Source: Candidatus Methanophagaceae archaeon
GTDB lineage: Archaea > Halobacteriota > Syntropharchaeia > Alkanophagales > Methanospirareceae
DNA: 32,000 nucleotides
Direction: 5' to 3'
Assembly (NCBI GenBank): GCA_003194425.1
Contig: PQXB01000001.1
Location: 670,444 to 702,443 of the forward strand
The notes beneath the pieces are model-generated. The model made no database searches. It was not told the origin of the DNA and saw nothing but the letters and a program-made list of their open reading frames with translations. Of the stretch, positions 16,799-25,061 are shown in pieces. Made by a program: the position numbers and the translations under genes. The first letter of the stretch is position 1, and each line of letters opens with the position of its first letter.

Positions 16799-17881
16799 TT
16801 AAGGAACCAGCCCCGGAGACCACAGCCCCTCCGCCTCGTCCAGCCTGAAGATCAAGTTCATATTTTGCACTGCCTGTCCGGAGCCGCCTTTAACGAGGTT
16901 GTCAATCGCGGAAATCACCACTACCCTCTCGGTTTCCCCTTTTTCCCCCTCTTCAATCTCGAACCAAATGTCGCAGAAGTTAGTGCCTCGCACGGAGCTC
17001 AACGACGGCACCCCTCGCGTGAGCCTTACAAACTTCTTGTCCTCGTAAAACCGCTTGTAAACCTCTTCGATTTCCGCCTGTGTTCTCCCTCTTTCTCGCG
17101 CGTTCAAAAAGATGTGCGCAGTCGTGAGAATGCCTCTGATGGAGGGGAGGATATGGGGAGTGAAACTTACCTTCACGCCGCCTGCCCCCAACTCGCCTGC
17201 CCCCAACTCCTGCCGCATCTCTGCGACGTGCCTGTGCGCGGTTACTTGGTAAGGGACGATATTTTCGGCGAGGTTTGGGAAATGCGACTTCTCCGAGGGT
17301 TCTGCACCCGCACCCGAAATGCCTGACTTCGCATCGAAGACCACCTGTCTCACCAGCCCCTCCTTCACCAGCGGTGCGACCGCGAGAATTGCACCTGTAG
17401 GGTAGCACCCGGGGTTCGCAACCAAATCCACTCCTGCCGCGGCAACCTCGGGGTGCAACTCGGTCAGCCCGTAAACAGCCTCTCGCTCCTCGCTCTGCCT
17501 GTCCTTGTGTCGCAGTCCGTAGACCCTCTCGTACTCCGCCCTCTTCAGCCTGTAGTCTGCACTCAAGTCAATTACCTTCACGCCACCCCTTCCTCTTCCA
17601 CTCCCCCTCGCCAGCAACCCCGGCACGTAGTTCATCGCACTGCCGTGCGGAACTGCGAGAAAAACAACATCGCTTCTGTCCGTGACCTCTGCTGCGTCCA
17701 CATCCTCGTACTCGAGCTCGCCAGAGAACGGGAACAAGTGCGGATTCACTTCGCTCACCTTCCTTCCTCTGTGCCTTCTGGAAGTTACCACCGAGATTTC
17801 GACCCTCGGGTGCCCCAAGAGCAGTCGCAGTAACTCAAGACCAGTGTAGCCAGCACCTCCGATTATTCCCGCTTTTATCAT
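16799..17881 (-). CDS. argC: N-acetyl-gamma-glutamyl-phosphate reductase (ArgC; a LysY-type function cannot be excluded)
   Basis: MIKAGIIGGAGYTGLELLRLL and active-site ANPGCYPTG. The start overlaps the leuD stop (ATGA at 17878..17881). There is an ELGAG x2 duplication (17180..17209). Confidence 0.85.
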   Translation of the reverse strand: MIKAGIIGGAGYTGLELLRLLLGHPRVEISVVTSRRHRGRKVSEVNPHLFPFSGELEYEDVDAAEVTDRSDVVFLAVPHGSAMNYVPGLLARGSGRGRGGVKVIDLSADYRLKRAEYERVYGLRHKDRQSEEREAVYGLTELHPEVAAAGVDLVANPGCYPTGAILAVAPLVKEGLVRQVVFDAKSGISGAGAEPSEKSHFPNLAENIVPYQVTAHRHVAEMRQELGAGELGAGGVKVSFTPHILPSIRGILTTAHIFLNARERGRTQAEIEEVYKRFYEDKKFVRLTRGVPSLSSVRGTNFCDIWFEIEEGEKGETERVVVISAIDNLVKGGSGQAVQNMNLIFRLDEAEGLWSPGLVP

Positions 17882-18381
17882 TTTCTCTCTTTATCCTTTT
17901 CTCCCCCTCCGCTTTTTATGTAAGGCACTAACCCCCCCCACTCCAGCAACCTCTGCATAAATTCAGGCAGCGGCTTGAACTTGCACTCCTCTCCCTTCGT
18001 AAGATTCCGCACCACGCCCGCCTCAAAATTCATCTCCACCTCGTCCCCCTCGTCTACGCTCTCGCAGAGGTCGGCTTCGACCAGCGGCAGCCCGATGTTT
18101 ATCGCGTTCCTGAAGAAAATCCTCGCAAAACTCTTCGCGACCACGCAACTCACTCCCGCACCGAGCAAAGCACGAGGAGCGTGCTCCCTTGAACTGCCGC
18201 ACCCGAAGTTCTCGCCTGCCACGACGACGTCCCCTTCTTTCACCTTCCTCGCAAACTCCGGCCGCGACTTTGCGAACGCGTGAGTTGCGAGCTCCTTCGC
18301 GTCCCCTGTCGTCAAATACTCCGCAGGAATTATCTGGTCCGTGTCCACATCGTCTCCAAACTTCCAAACTCTTGTTTTCAT
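17878..18381 (-). CDS. leuD: 3-isopropylmalate/homoaconitate dehydratase small subunit
   Basis: 167 aa. KFGDDVDTDQIIPAEYL and GENFGCGSSREHAP are LeuD/aconitase swivel-domain motifs. It immediately follows leuC (TAAATG junction). Confidence 0.8.
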   Translation of the reverse strand: MKTRVWKFGDDVDTDQIIPAEYLTTGDAKELATHAFAKSRPEFARKVKEGDVVVAGENFGCGSSREHAPRALLGAGVSCVVAKSFARIFFRNAINIGLPLVEADLCESVDEGDEVEMNFEAGVVRNLTKGEECKFKPLPEFMQRLLEWGGLVPYIKSGGGEKDKERK

Positions 18382-19761
18382 TTAAACTTTTGTTTTCGTC
18401 ATTTTCGCTATTTCTGCTGGGTCAGTTATTCTCCCCCTGACCGCCGAAGCAGCGACCACCGCGGGGTTCGCCAAATAAACCTCTGAATCCTTGTGCCCCA
18501 TTCTGCCGACGAAGTTGCGGTTCGTTGTGCTCACGCATTTTTCTCCGCTGGCGAGGACGCCCAGGTAGCCACCAAGACAGGCACCGCAGGTCGGACCGCA
18601 GACAAACGCCCCTGCTGCAAGGAAGATTTTAATCAAACCCTCGTCGAGAGCCTGCTCAAAGACCCGCTTGCTCGCCGGCACCACAATCATCCGCACCTCC
18701 TGACTCACTTTCCTGCCCCGCAAAATCGCAGCCGCAACCCGAAAATCTTCAATCCTGCCGTTCGTGCAAGACCCCAAGTAAGCCTGGTCAACGGGAACGT
18801 CCAACTCACTCGCAGGCACGGTGTTCGCAGGCGAGAACGGCTTCGCTACCGTCGGAACGATTTCTGCTGCGTCGTACTCAAAGACCGCCTCGTAGTCGCT
18901 TTCGTCGCCGACGGCGTCGGCGTAAACGGGCTTGTAGTCTCCCCTCACTCGCCCCTGCAAGAACTCGAAGACCTTCTCGTCGGGCGGAACAATTCCCGCT
19001 TTCGCACCTGCTTCTACCGCCATATTTGAGATTGTTATTCGGTCGGAGAGGCACAAATTTTTTATCGTAGTGCCGTAGAACTCCTGCGATTTGTAAAGCG
19101 AGCCCGAGACGCCGATTTCACCGAGAATGTGCAGAATTATGTCCTTTCCCCCCACGAACCGCGCCAACTCGCCGTCAACAACGAACTTCTGCGTCGCCGG
19201 AACCTTGAACCACAGCCGTCCGGTAGCCATCGCCGCTGCCGCCTCGGTCGAGCCAACACCCGTAGAAAAAGCGCCTAAAGCACCGTAGGAGCAGGTGTGC
19301 GAGTCTGCACCGATTATTAACCGCCCCGGCGCCGCAAACCCCTCCTCAATCATAACTTGATGGCAAATCCCGCTACCCTCCTTCCCGACCTCGTAGTAGT
19401 TCGCAATCCCGTACTTCCGAGCGTAGTCCCGCAACGCCTTCGCCTGCTCCGCCGACGCCACATCCTTGCTCGGAACGTAGTGGTCTTGCACCACCACTAC
19501 CTTCTCCCGCTTTATCCCGACCCCTGTCTCACCCCCTCCTGTCTCACCCCCTCCTGTCTCACCCCCTCCTGTTTCTCTCCCTCCTGCCTCTCTCCCTCCT
19601 GCCTCTCTCCCCTCCGCCAGCTCTTCAAGCACCTCAAACAGCTCTTCAAGCACCTCAAACGCCGGCACGCCCGTTATGTCGTTCACCATCACGTAGTCCA
19701 CTTCACATTCCACGATTTCGCCTACCTCTTTACCCAATATTTTCTCCGCAATCGTCGCCAT
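18382..19761 (-). CDS. leuC: 3-isopropylmalate/homoaconitate dehydratase large subunit
   Basis: MATIAEKILGK, GADSHT, GSCTNGR and CGPTCGAC are the aconitase-family Fe-S ligand motifs. An insertion of about 45 aa built from tandem repeats lies near the N-terminus. Confidence 0.85.
   Translation of the reverse strand: MATIAEKILGKEVGEIVECEVDYVMVNDITGVPAFEVLEELFEVLEELAEGREAGGREAGGRETGGGETGGGETGGGETGVGIKREKVVVVQDHYVPSKDVASAEQAKALRDYARKYGIANYYEVGKEGSGICHQVMIEEGFAAPGRLIIGADSHTCSYGALGAFSTGVGSTEAAAAMATGRLWFKVPATQKFVVDGELARFVGGKDIILHILGEIGVSGSLYKSQEFYGTTIKNLCLSDRITISNMAVEAGAKAGIVPPDEKVFEFLQGRVRGDYKPVYADAVGDESDYEAVFEYDAAEIVPTVAKPFSPANTVPASELDVPVDQAYLGSCTNGRIEDFRVAAAILRGRKVSQEVRMIVVPASKRVFEQALDEGLIKIFLAAGAFVCGPTCGACLGGYLGVLASGEKCVSTTNRNFVGRMGHKDSEVYLANPAVVAASAVRGRITDPAEIAKMTKTKV
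19523..19659. repeat. Compound tandem array inside leuC
   Basis: A 15-bp unit is present x6 (cctgtctcaccccct x3, then cctgtttctctccct, cctgcctctctccct x2; 19523..19613). It is followed by a 21-bp unit cagctcttcaagcacctcaaa x2 (19618..19659). Together they encode FEVLEEL x2 and (R/G)E(A/T)GG x6. Confidence 0.9.
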
Positions 19762-19808
19762 TTCTTGCTCTCCTACTACTCGCCCTCAACCCCAGCCTAA
19801 ACCCCAGC

Positions 19809-20405
19809 CTAAACCGGAACCCCCCACATCGGGTACCAGTTCTCCACCTCTTTCTCCACCGGCAGTTCCCGCTCCAGCAAACTCCCCAGTTTCATCTCGT
19901 ACTGCTCGTCCCTCGCTCTGCCCTTGCCCTTCAGCGGAACGAACGGGTAAAACCGCCCTTTCTTGTAGTTGTAGATAAAATAAACGACCGCTTCCCCCGC
20001 CGCCCTCGCAGTCCCCGCTGCCCGCTCGAACCTGAAGACCGAACTCAGCAACAGCCCCCCAAAACCGTTCTCAATCAGCGTCTCTGAAACGAGGTGCAGC
20101 GTGGTCACCAAATCCTCAAATTCCGCGTCGCTCAGCACAATCCAAAGGTAGCCGAAAGCGTCTTTAACCATTCTGAACTCGGTCGAGGTCTCCTTTTTCC
20201 CAAGTTCCAACAGCTCCTCCAAATCGCTCTTCAACCGCTCAAAAGAGGTGGACTGAACAATCTTAAAGCAAATCCCCGCCTTTCCCGCCGGCAGAATGTC
20301 CAACTTCGTCGCCAACGTAACCTGTGCCGTAGAAATGCTGAACAGAGCGTCGGTCTTGGACGGTGCAGGCTTCACCCGTCCCAGTAACGCGTCAAGAAAT
20401 TTCAT
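19809..20405 (-). CDS. Conserved hypothetical protein; possibly the family annotated as PspA-associated protein PspAB (recollection only)
   Basis: 198 aa with an ATG start. From memory, the N-terminus MKFLDALLGRVKPAPSKTDALFSISTAQVTL and C-terminus FYPFVPL...NWYPMWGVPV resemble a family shared by Actinobacteria and archaea. Not verified. The gene is adjacent to and co-directional with htpX. Confidence 0.55.
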   Translation of the reverse strand: MKFLDALLGRVKPAPSKTDALFSISTAQVTLATKLDILPAGKAGICFKIVQSTSFERLKSDLEELLELGKKETSTEFRMVKDAFGYLWIVLSDAEFEDLVTTLHLVSETLIENGFGGLLLSSVFRFERAAGTARAAGEAVVYFIYNYKKGRFYPFVPLKGKGRARDEQYEMKLGSLLERELPVEKEVENWYPMWGVPV

Positions 20406-20412
20406 TTTTCGA

Positions 20413-20466
20413 TTTTTCGAACTCCCTTCCTTTTTCGAACTCCCTTCCTTTTTCGAACTCCCTTCC
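20413..20466. repeat. 18-bp tandem repeat x3 in the leader of the 19809..20405 gene
   Basis: tttttcgaactcccttcc x3, plus a partial copy (tttttcga, 20405..20412) whose first t is the A of the minus-strand ATG (20403..20405). The sense-strand unit is GGAAGGGAGTTCGAAAAA. Confidence 0.9.
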
Positions 20467-20473
20467 TTACTTC

Positions 20474-21421
20474 TTAAAACCCTTCCAGCCCAAACCCTTC
20501 CAGCCCACGCTCCAACTCCCGAAGCTTCTCAATCCGCTTCTCAATCGGCGGGTGCGTCGAGAACAGGTTCATTATTGAACCGCTCGAGAGTGCAGGAATA
20601 ATAAAGAACGCGTTCATTCCTTCAACCTCCCGCAAATCCCGCGACGGCACCCTTTTCATCGCACCGCTTATTTTTGAGAGCGCGGAAATCATCGCAGGTG
20701 GGTTGCCTGTAATTATCGCCGAGCCACGGTCTGCTGCAAACTCCCGGTACCGAGACAACGCACGAATTAGCAGGAAACTGACGAGCCAGACGAGCACGGA
20801 GACGACCAGAATTACGACCGTTGCACCAGCAGCATTTCTGTCCCTTCCTCCACCGCCCCCGCCCCCTCCTCCACCAATGCCTCCAAACATCGAAGAGTAG
20901 AGCGAGAACCGCATCACAAACCACGCAACGGTCGAGAGGAAGCTCGCAACCGTGATTACAAGCACATCGCGGTTCTTAATGTGCGTGAGTTCGTGCCCCA
21001 GCACCGCCTCCAACTCCGAAGCGTTCAGACTGCTCAAGAGCCCTGTAGTGACCGCGACGACCGCGTTCTTCTGGTTTCGCCCAGTCGCGAACGCGTTTGG
21101 CACCGCACTTTTTACGACCGCTACTCTCGGCTTCGGCAGGTCTGCGAAGTTGCAGAGCCGCTCCACGAGAGTGTGAAGTTCTGGCTGCTCCTGTGGAGAA
21201 ACAATTTTCGCACCCGTGCTCCAGAGAACCAGTTTGTCCGCGAAGTAAAATTGAGCGAACAAAAAGACGGCTGCAATTCCCACCAAAACCGTAACCCCAG
21301 GGTTAAGGAAGACGAACAAAGCCGTGAGAAAGGCGAGGTAGACGACCGCCAGCAGCCCCGTCGTCAGAATCATCCTCGCAGTCAGCCCCGTGTCCTTACC
21401 GTACCACTCTCTCTTTTTCAT
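20474..21421 (-). CDS. htpX: Zinc metalloprotease HtpX (M48 family)
   Basis: HELTHIKNRD zinc motif, N-terminal transmembrane segments and C-terminal STHPPIEKRI. ATG at 21421 (MKKREWYG) is preferred, with GTG 21433 as the alternative. There is an internal run of 10 Gly, and the C-terminus GLEGF x2 comes from a 15-bp duplication (20477..20506). Confidence 0.85.
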   Translation of the reverse strand: MKKREWYGKDTGLTARMILTTGLLAVVYLAFLTALFVFLNPGVTVLVGIAAVFLFAQFYFADKLVLWSTGAKIVSPQEQPELHTLVERLCNFADLPKPRVAVVKSAVPNAFATGRNQKNAVVAVTTGLLSSLNASELEAVLGHELTHIKNRDVLVITVASFLSTVAWFVMRFSLYSSMFGGIGGGGGGGGGGRDRNAAGATVVILVVSVLVWLVSFLLIRALSRYREFAADRGSAIITGNPPAMISALSKISGAMKRVPSRDLREVEGMNAFFIIPALSSGSIMNLFSTHPPIEKRIEKLRELERGLEGFGLEGF

Positions 21422-21442
21422 TTTCCTTTCCACACCAATTCT

Positions 21443-21591
21443 AAATTTACCTTTCTCTTTAAAATTTACCTTTCTCTTTAAAAGGTTTAACTTGCCCTAC
21501 CTCTCTCTACCTTACTCCTCTCCCTACCCTACTCCTCTCTCTACCCTACTCCTTTCTCTACCCTACTCCTCTTTCAACCCTACTCCTCTCT
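21443..21591. repeat. Two tandem arrays between the htpX start and the cmk end
   Basis: aaatttacctttctcttta x2 (19 bp, 21443..21480) and a 17-bp unit (ctaccctactcctctct and variants) x5 (21507..21591). The second array runs into the last codons and stop of cmk. Confidence 0.85.
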
Positions 21592-22111
21592 CAACATTCT
21601 CCGCCGCCACCTTCACCACCGCCACTACACCCCTCTCGCCCCACCTCGCAGAATTTAGCACCAAGTCGTAAAGGGAAAGGTCGTCCAAAATTATGCCGTA
21701 ATATTTTTCGTACCGCTCCCGTTCCGACCGCTCTCGGTTCTTCATCGCGGAAAACGCCGCCTCGTAACCCTCTCCTTCCCTGCCGGCAATTCGGCTCGCT
21801 CGCACCGCTGACGGGGCTTTCAGCCAAACCTTCAGGTCCGCGTCAGGAACGAAGAACCCAGACAACCGCCCCTCAACGACGACCTCTGCCCGCTTCCTTG
21901 CCTCTTCCGCCTGCCGCTCGTCTACCTTCCTGTCGAAGTCCTCGTCCTCTTCCGCCAACTCGCTGAACTGCTCTAACCGCAACTTCTCCGCACTCGCCAA
22001 CTCCCGAAACATCTCGCCCGCGGAAATTAGTTCCAGCCCCAGCTCCTTCGCGAGCAGCCTCGCAACCGTCGTCGTTCCGCTGCCCGGGAGACCGCTTAGC
22101 GTTATTTTCAT
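21563..22111 (-). CDS. cmk: Archaeal-type cytidylate kinase
   Basis: MKITLSGLPGSGTTTVARLLAKELGLELISAGEMFRELA P-loop N-terminus; length of about 180 aa is typical of archaeal Cmk. Confidence 0.8.
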   Translation of the reverse strand: MKITLSGLPGSGTTTVARLLAKELGLELISAGEMFRELASAEKLRLEQFSELAEEDEDFDRKVDERQAEEARKRAEVVVEGRLSGFFVPDADLKVWLKAPSAVRASRIAGREGEGYEAAFSAMKNRERSERERYEKYYGIILDDLSLYDLVLNSARWGERGVVAVVKVAAENVERGVGLKEE

Positions 22112-22135
22112 TCACCCCTTTCACCCTTTTTACTT

Positions 22136-24982
22136 TCACCCCTTAATCACGCCGACAGCCCGAAAAGCCGCCACCTTCTTCGCAATTCCCGCAACCTCGC
22201 AACTCCGAACCACGACCTCGGGGTCTTTGTAAGCCGCGGCAACCTCCTCCGCCAACTCGCCGTACTTGTCAAATTGAAGCCCTCGTCCTCGTTTCCGACG
22301 CACATCTTTTTTCGTCCGCTCCTGCGCCTTCACCAAAATGTTCCGCTTCGCCAACTCGGCTCGCACCTCGCTACCGCGGTATTTCCGCATCGCCGCAGTC
22401 CTGCTCATCTCGCGACCGCTGCCGTGCGCACAGCTGCCAAAAGTCTCAGATTTCGCTGCTTCCGTTCCCACGGCTAAAAAGCTGCGTCTGCCCATCGAAC
22501 CCGGAATCAAGACAGGCTGACCAACGCTTCTGTAAAAGGCAGGCAGTCGTTCGTCGCCCGCGGGAAACGCTCTCGTCGCCCCTTTTCGGTGCACGCACAA
22601 CTTCCTCCGCTTCCCGTCCACCAAATGCTCCTCCTGCTTCGCAATGTTGTGTGCAATGTCGTAGACCAGCCGAATCCCCAAATCCCCTCTCTTCGCGTCC
22701 GCACTCCTCCGCAGCACATTTTCAAAGACCTCCCGCACCCAGTGCGTCGCGAGTTGCCGGTTCGCAAACGCGTAGTTCGCACACGCAGACATTGCCTCAA
22801 AATAGTCCCTCCCCGCCCTGCTGCTCAAGTACGCGCAAGCCAACTCCCGCTCTAGCGTGAGTATTTTCGAGAGCGTCGGGTCCCTGCTCATCTCCCGCTC
22901 AAAAGTTCGCAGGTAGTAGGTGCAGACTCCGTGCGAGAAGCCCCGACCGCCGGTGTGAATTAGAACTGTTACCTGCCCTTCTTCTTCGATTCCGAACGCC
23001 TTCGCGAGCCGAGCGTCAAAAATCTCGTCGACCACCTGCACCTCAAGGAAGTGGTTGCCGGAGCCGAGCGTGCCGAGTTGCGGCGCACCCCGCTTCCTCG
23101 ACTTCTCGTCGATCTTCGCCGGGTTCGCAGCCTCCAGCCGCCCTCCCTCCTCGGTCCGCTCCACGTCCTCCTCCCAACCGTAGCCGTTCTCAACGCACCA
23201 CTCCGACCCACCCTGCAGCACCTCGTCCAACTGGCTGTACGACAACCTCACCTTCCCAGACAGCCCCAGCCCCGCGGGAATTGACTCAAACAGCCCGTCC
23301 AAAATCGCAGGCAGGTGTGGTCTCACCTCCTCCTCGCTCAAGTCGGTGCGGAGCAGCCGGACGCCGCAGTTGGAAACCACGAAACAGTCGGCGACGAAAT
23401 TGTGATTCTTGTCCTTCACTGAGAGGTCGTACACCCGCTCGTTAAACGGCTCCTCCTCTAACCCCACAATTTCATCGTAAACCACCTCCCCGTCTGAAAA
23501 CCGCTTCAAGAACTCTTCAAACTTGACGAAGCCAAACGGTGGTCTGGCTCTCTTCAGCCTCGTGTAAACGACAGCCGCCAACGCAAGTCGTCTTCGCTCT
23601 CTGTTGTACTCGTAGCCCACCCTCGACAAAAGCCTAACAAGGTTCTCTGGGTTCGCCTTTACCAAGAGCCTGTAAATCCTCCTCTCCTCGGTCTCCTCGG
23701 TCTTCTCGGTCTCCTCGGTCTCCTCGGTCTCCTCAGAAACCGAGACTGTCGAACTCACGCCGAACTCGGTCAGCATTTCTTGCAACTCACTCAAGAATTC
23801 GTCGCTTCCCTTCTCCCTCTCCCTGCTCTTGTTCACAGACCGCTTTACCTCGGGCATAAAAAAATTGTAGCCGTTCAGGGTCTTTGATTTTGACATTTCC
23901 GCCCCGAAGAAAGAGGCTAAGAACAGTCGCTTCAGCCATTTCGGCAGCCTGAGCAGCCACTCTGGAATTCGCAAATCCTCCTCCTTTTTTCCCTTCGGGT
24001 AGCCGAGTGCAAAGAGAAGTTCAGCGAGACTCCGTGCAGAGACCTTTAAACAAGCCTCCTTCGTGCAGAACTCGTAGCCCTTGAGGCGGTGGTTTCGCTC
24101 TCGCTCGTAAATTCTGCCCGCGTAGCCCAGAACACGAATGTCCGTTTTAATCTCCTCCAAATCCGCCTTCTCCCCGTAAAAAACCACATTTTTGTCGCAA
24201 ACCGTCCCGTCCCCCAGCAAGTAGCCGAAAATCTTCACGAGGTAAGGCAGCTTGGCGTTCTCGGCAGCGAGCGGCGGAGCCAGCCTCCGCTTTTTTAACT
24301 CCGCTCTGACCGCTCTGCTGAACTCTTGCTCGTCTTTCTCAGAGAGAATCTCAAATCTCGGCGGTGCCTCAAACTCCACGCCCTCAAACGGGTGAACCCC
24401 AACCGCCTCGCCGAGCGAGAGATTTCGTGCCTCTTTCATTCCTGCTCTCGTGAGAACCGGGTGGTCTTTAGTGAGCCTCAGCTCAAACCCCGCCGCGGTT
24501 CTGACCCTCACCAAACTCCTCTCCGCCCTGCTCAACGCTAAAACGACTTCCGTCGGCTTCGCTTGACCTTGCCTCAGAACCGCGACCTCCTCGCCCGGCA
24601 AGACACTCTCAATCTCAACCCAGTACCCCAGAGGACTCAAAACTTTGGTCTCGGCGGGAAGGCAGTTTATGTCGTACCCGACCCCGCCTGGTGAAATGAC
24701 GCCCTCTTCGAAGTCCGTAGCTGCGACGCCGCCGATTGGAAACCCGTAGCCCTGGTGCCCGTCTGGCATTACCAGCGAATATTTCTCGATGCCCGGAAGC
24801 GAGGCGACCGTGATCGTCTGCTGCAGCGTCAGGTCGCCCTTCATCTTCTCTAACAGCCCTTCAGCCGCGTAAATCCGCGCCGGCACCCGCATGTAGTCCT
24901 TGTAAGTCTGCGGCACTTCCCACACATCTTCCCGTATCTTTTTAAGCGGAACTCCCCCCTTCCTCTCCCTCTCCCCTTTCAT
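22136..24982 (-). CDS. rtcB: RNA-splicing ligase RtcB, interrupted by an intein
   Basis: The start was chosen at MKGERERKGG (ATG 24982). Extein motifs are MPDGHQGYGFPIGGV, GGVGYDIN|C...|CGVRLL, GSGNHF and a C-terminal HRKGATRAF...PGSMG...CHGSGR. The longer track ORF (to 25333) reads through an unrelated repeat region. Confidence 0.9.
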   Translation of the reverse strand: MKGERERKGGVPLKKIREDVWEVPQTYKDYMRVPARIYAAEGLLEKMKGDLTLQQTITVASLPGIEKYSLVMPDGHQGYGFPIGGVAATDFEEGVISPGGVGYDINCLPAETKVLSPLGYWVEIESVLPGEEVAVLRQGQAKPTEVVLALSRAERSLVRVRTAAGFELRLTKDHPVLTRAGMKEARNLSLGEAVGVHPFEGVEFEAPPRFEILSEKDEQEFSRAVRAELKKRRLAPPLAAENAKLPYLVKIFGYLLGDGTVCDKNVVFYGEKADLEEIKTDIRVLGYAGRIYERERNHRLKGYEFCTKEACLKVSARSLAELLFALGYPKGKKEEDLRIPEWLLRLPKWLKRLFLASFFGAEMSKSKTLNGYNFFMPEVKRSVNKSREREKGSDEFLSELQEMLTEFGVSSTVSVSEETEETEETEKTEETEERRIYRLLVKANPENLVRLLSRVGYEYNRERRRLALAAVVYTRLKRARPPFGFVKFEEFLKRFSDGEVVYDEIVGLEEEPFNERVYDLSVKDKNHNFVADCFVVSNCGVRLLRTDLSEEEVRPHLPAILDGLFESIPAGLGLSGKVRLSYSQLDEVLQGGSEWCVENGYGWEEDVERTEEGGRLEAANPAKIDEKSRKRGAPQLGTLGSGNHFLEVQVVDEIFDARLAKAFGIEEEGQVTVLIHTGGRGFSHGVCTYYLRTFEREMSRDPTLSKILTLERELACAYLSSRAGRDYFEAMSACANYAFANRQLATHWVREVFENVLRRSADAKRGDLGIRLVYDIAHNIAKQEEHLVDGKRRKLCVHRKGATRAFPAGDERLPAFYRSVGQPVLIPGSMGRRSFLAVGTEAAKSETFGSCAHGSGREMSRTAAMRKYRGSEVRAELAKRNILVKAQERTKKDVRRKRGRGLQFDKYGELAEEVAAAYKDPEVVVRSCEVAGIAKKVAAFRAVGVIKG
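23369..24664 (-). mobile_element. Intein (432 aa) with LAGLIDADG homing-endonuclease domain inserted in RtcB
   Basis: It begins CLPAETKVL directly after GYDIN and ends FVVSN, followed by Cys +1 (CGVRLL). Block B is TKDHPVLT. The LAGLIDADG motifs are IFGYLLGDGTV and LFLASFFGAEMS. Removing it restores the conserved GYDINCGVRLL. The penultimate residue is Ser rather than the usual His. Confidence 0.85.
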
Positions 24983-25021
24983 CTTTGAAAACACCTGCCC
25001 TTCGTTGAACTTATCTTTTGG

Positions 25022-25035
25022 TTTTTTATATAAAA
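25022..25035. promoter_or_regulatory. Candidate symmetric TATA-like element between divergent rtcB and the 25062 gene
   Basis: ttttttatataaaa lies in an 79-bp divergent spacer, about 27 nt from the ATG at 25062 and about 40 nt from the rtcB ATG. The assignment is by position and composition only. Confidence 0.35.
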
Positions 25036-25061
25036 GAGAAAGAACAGTTTGGTGAAAAAAG

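Noticed and set aside
20846-20880. Run of 10 Gly codons in htpX as a sequencing or assembly error
   Set aside because: The tract uses mixed Gly codons (gga/ggg/ggc/ggt), keeps the reading frame and lies in a loop between membrane segments. It is consistent with the other low-complexity insertions, not with a homopolymer error.
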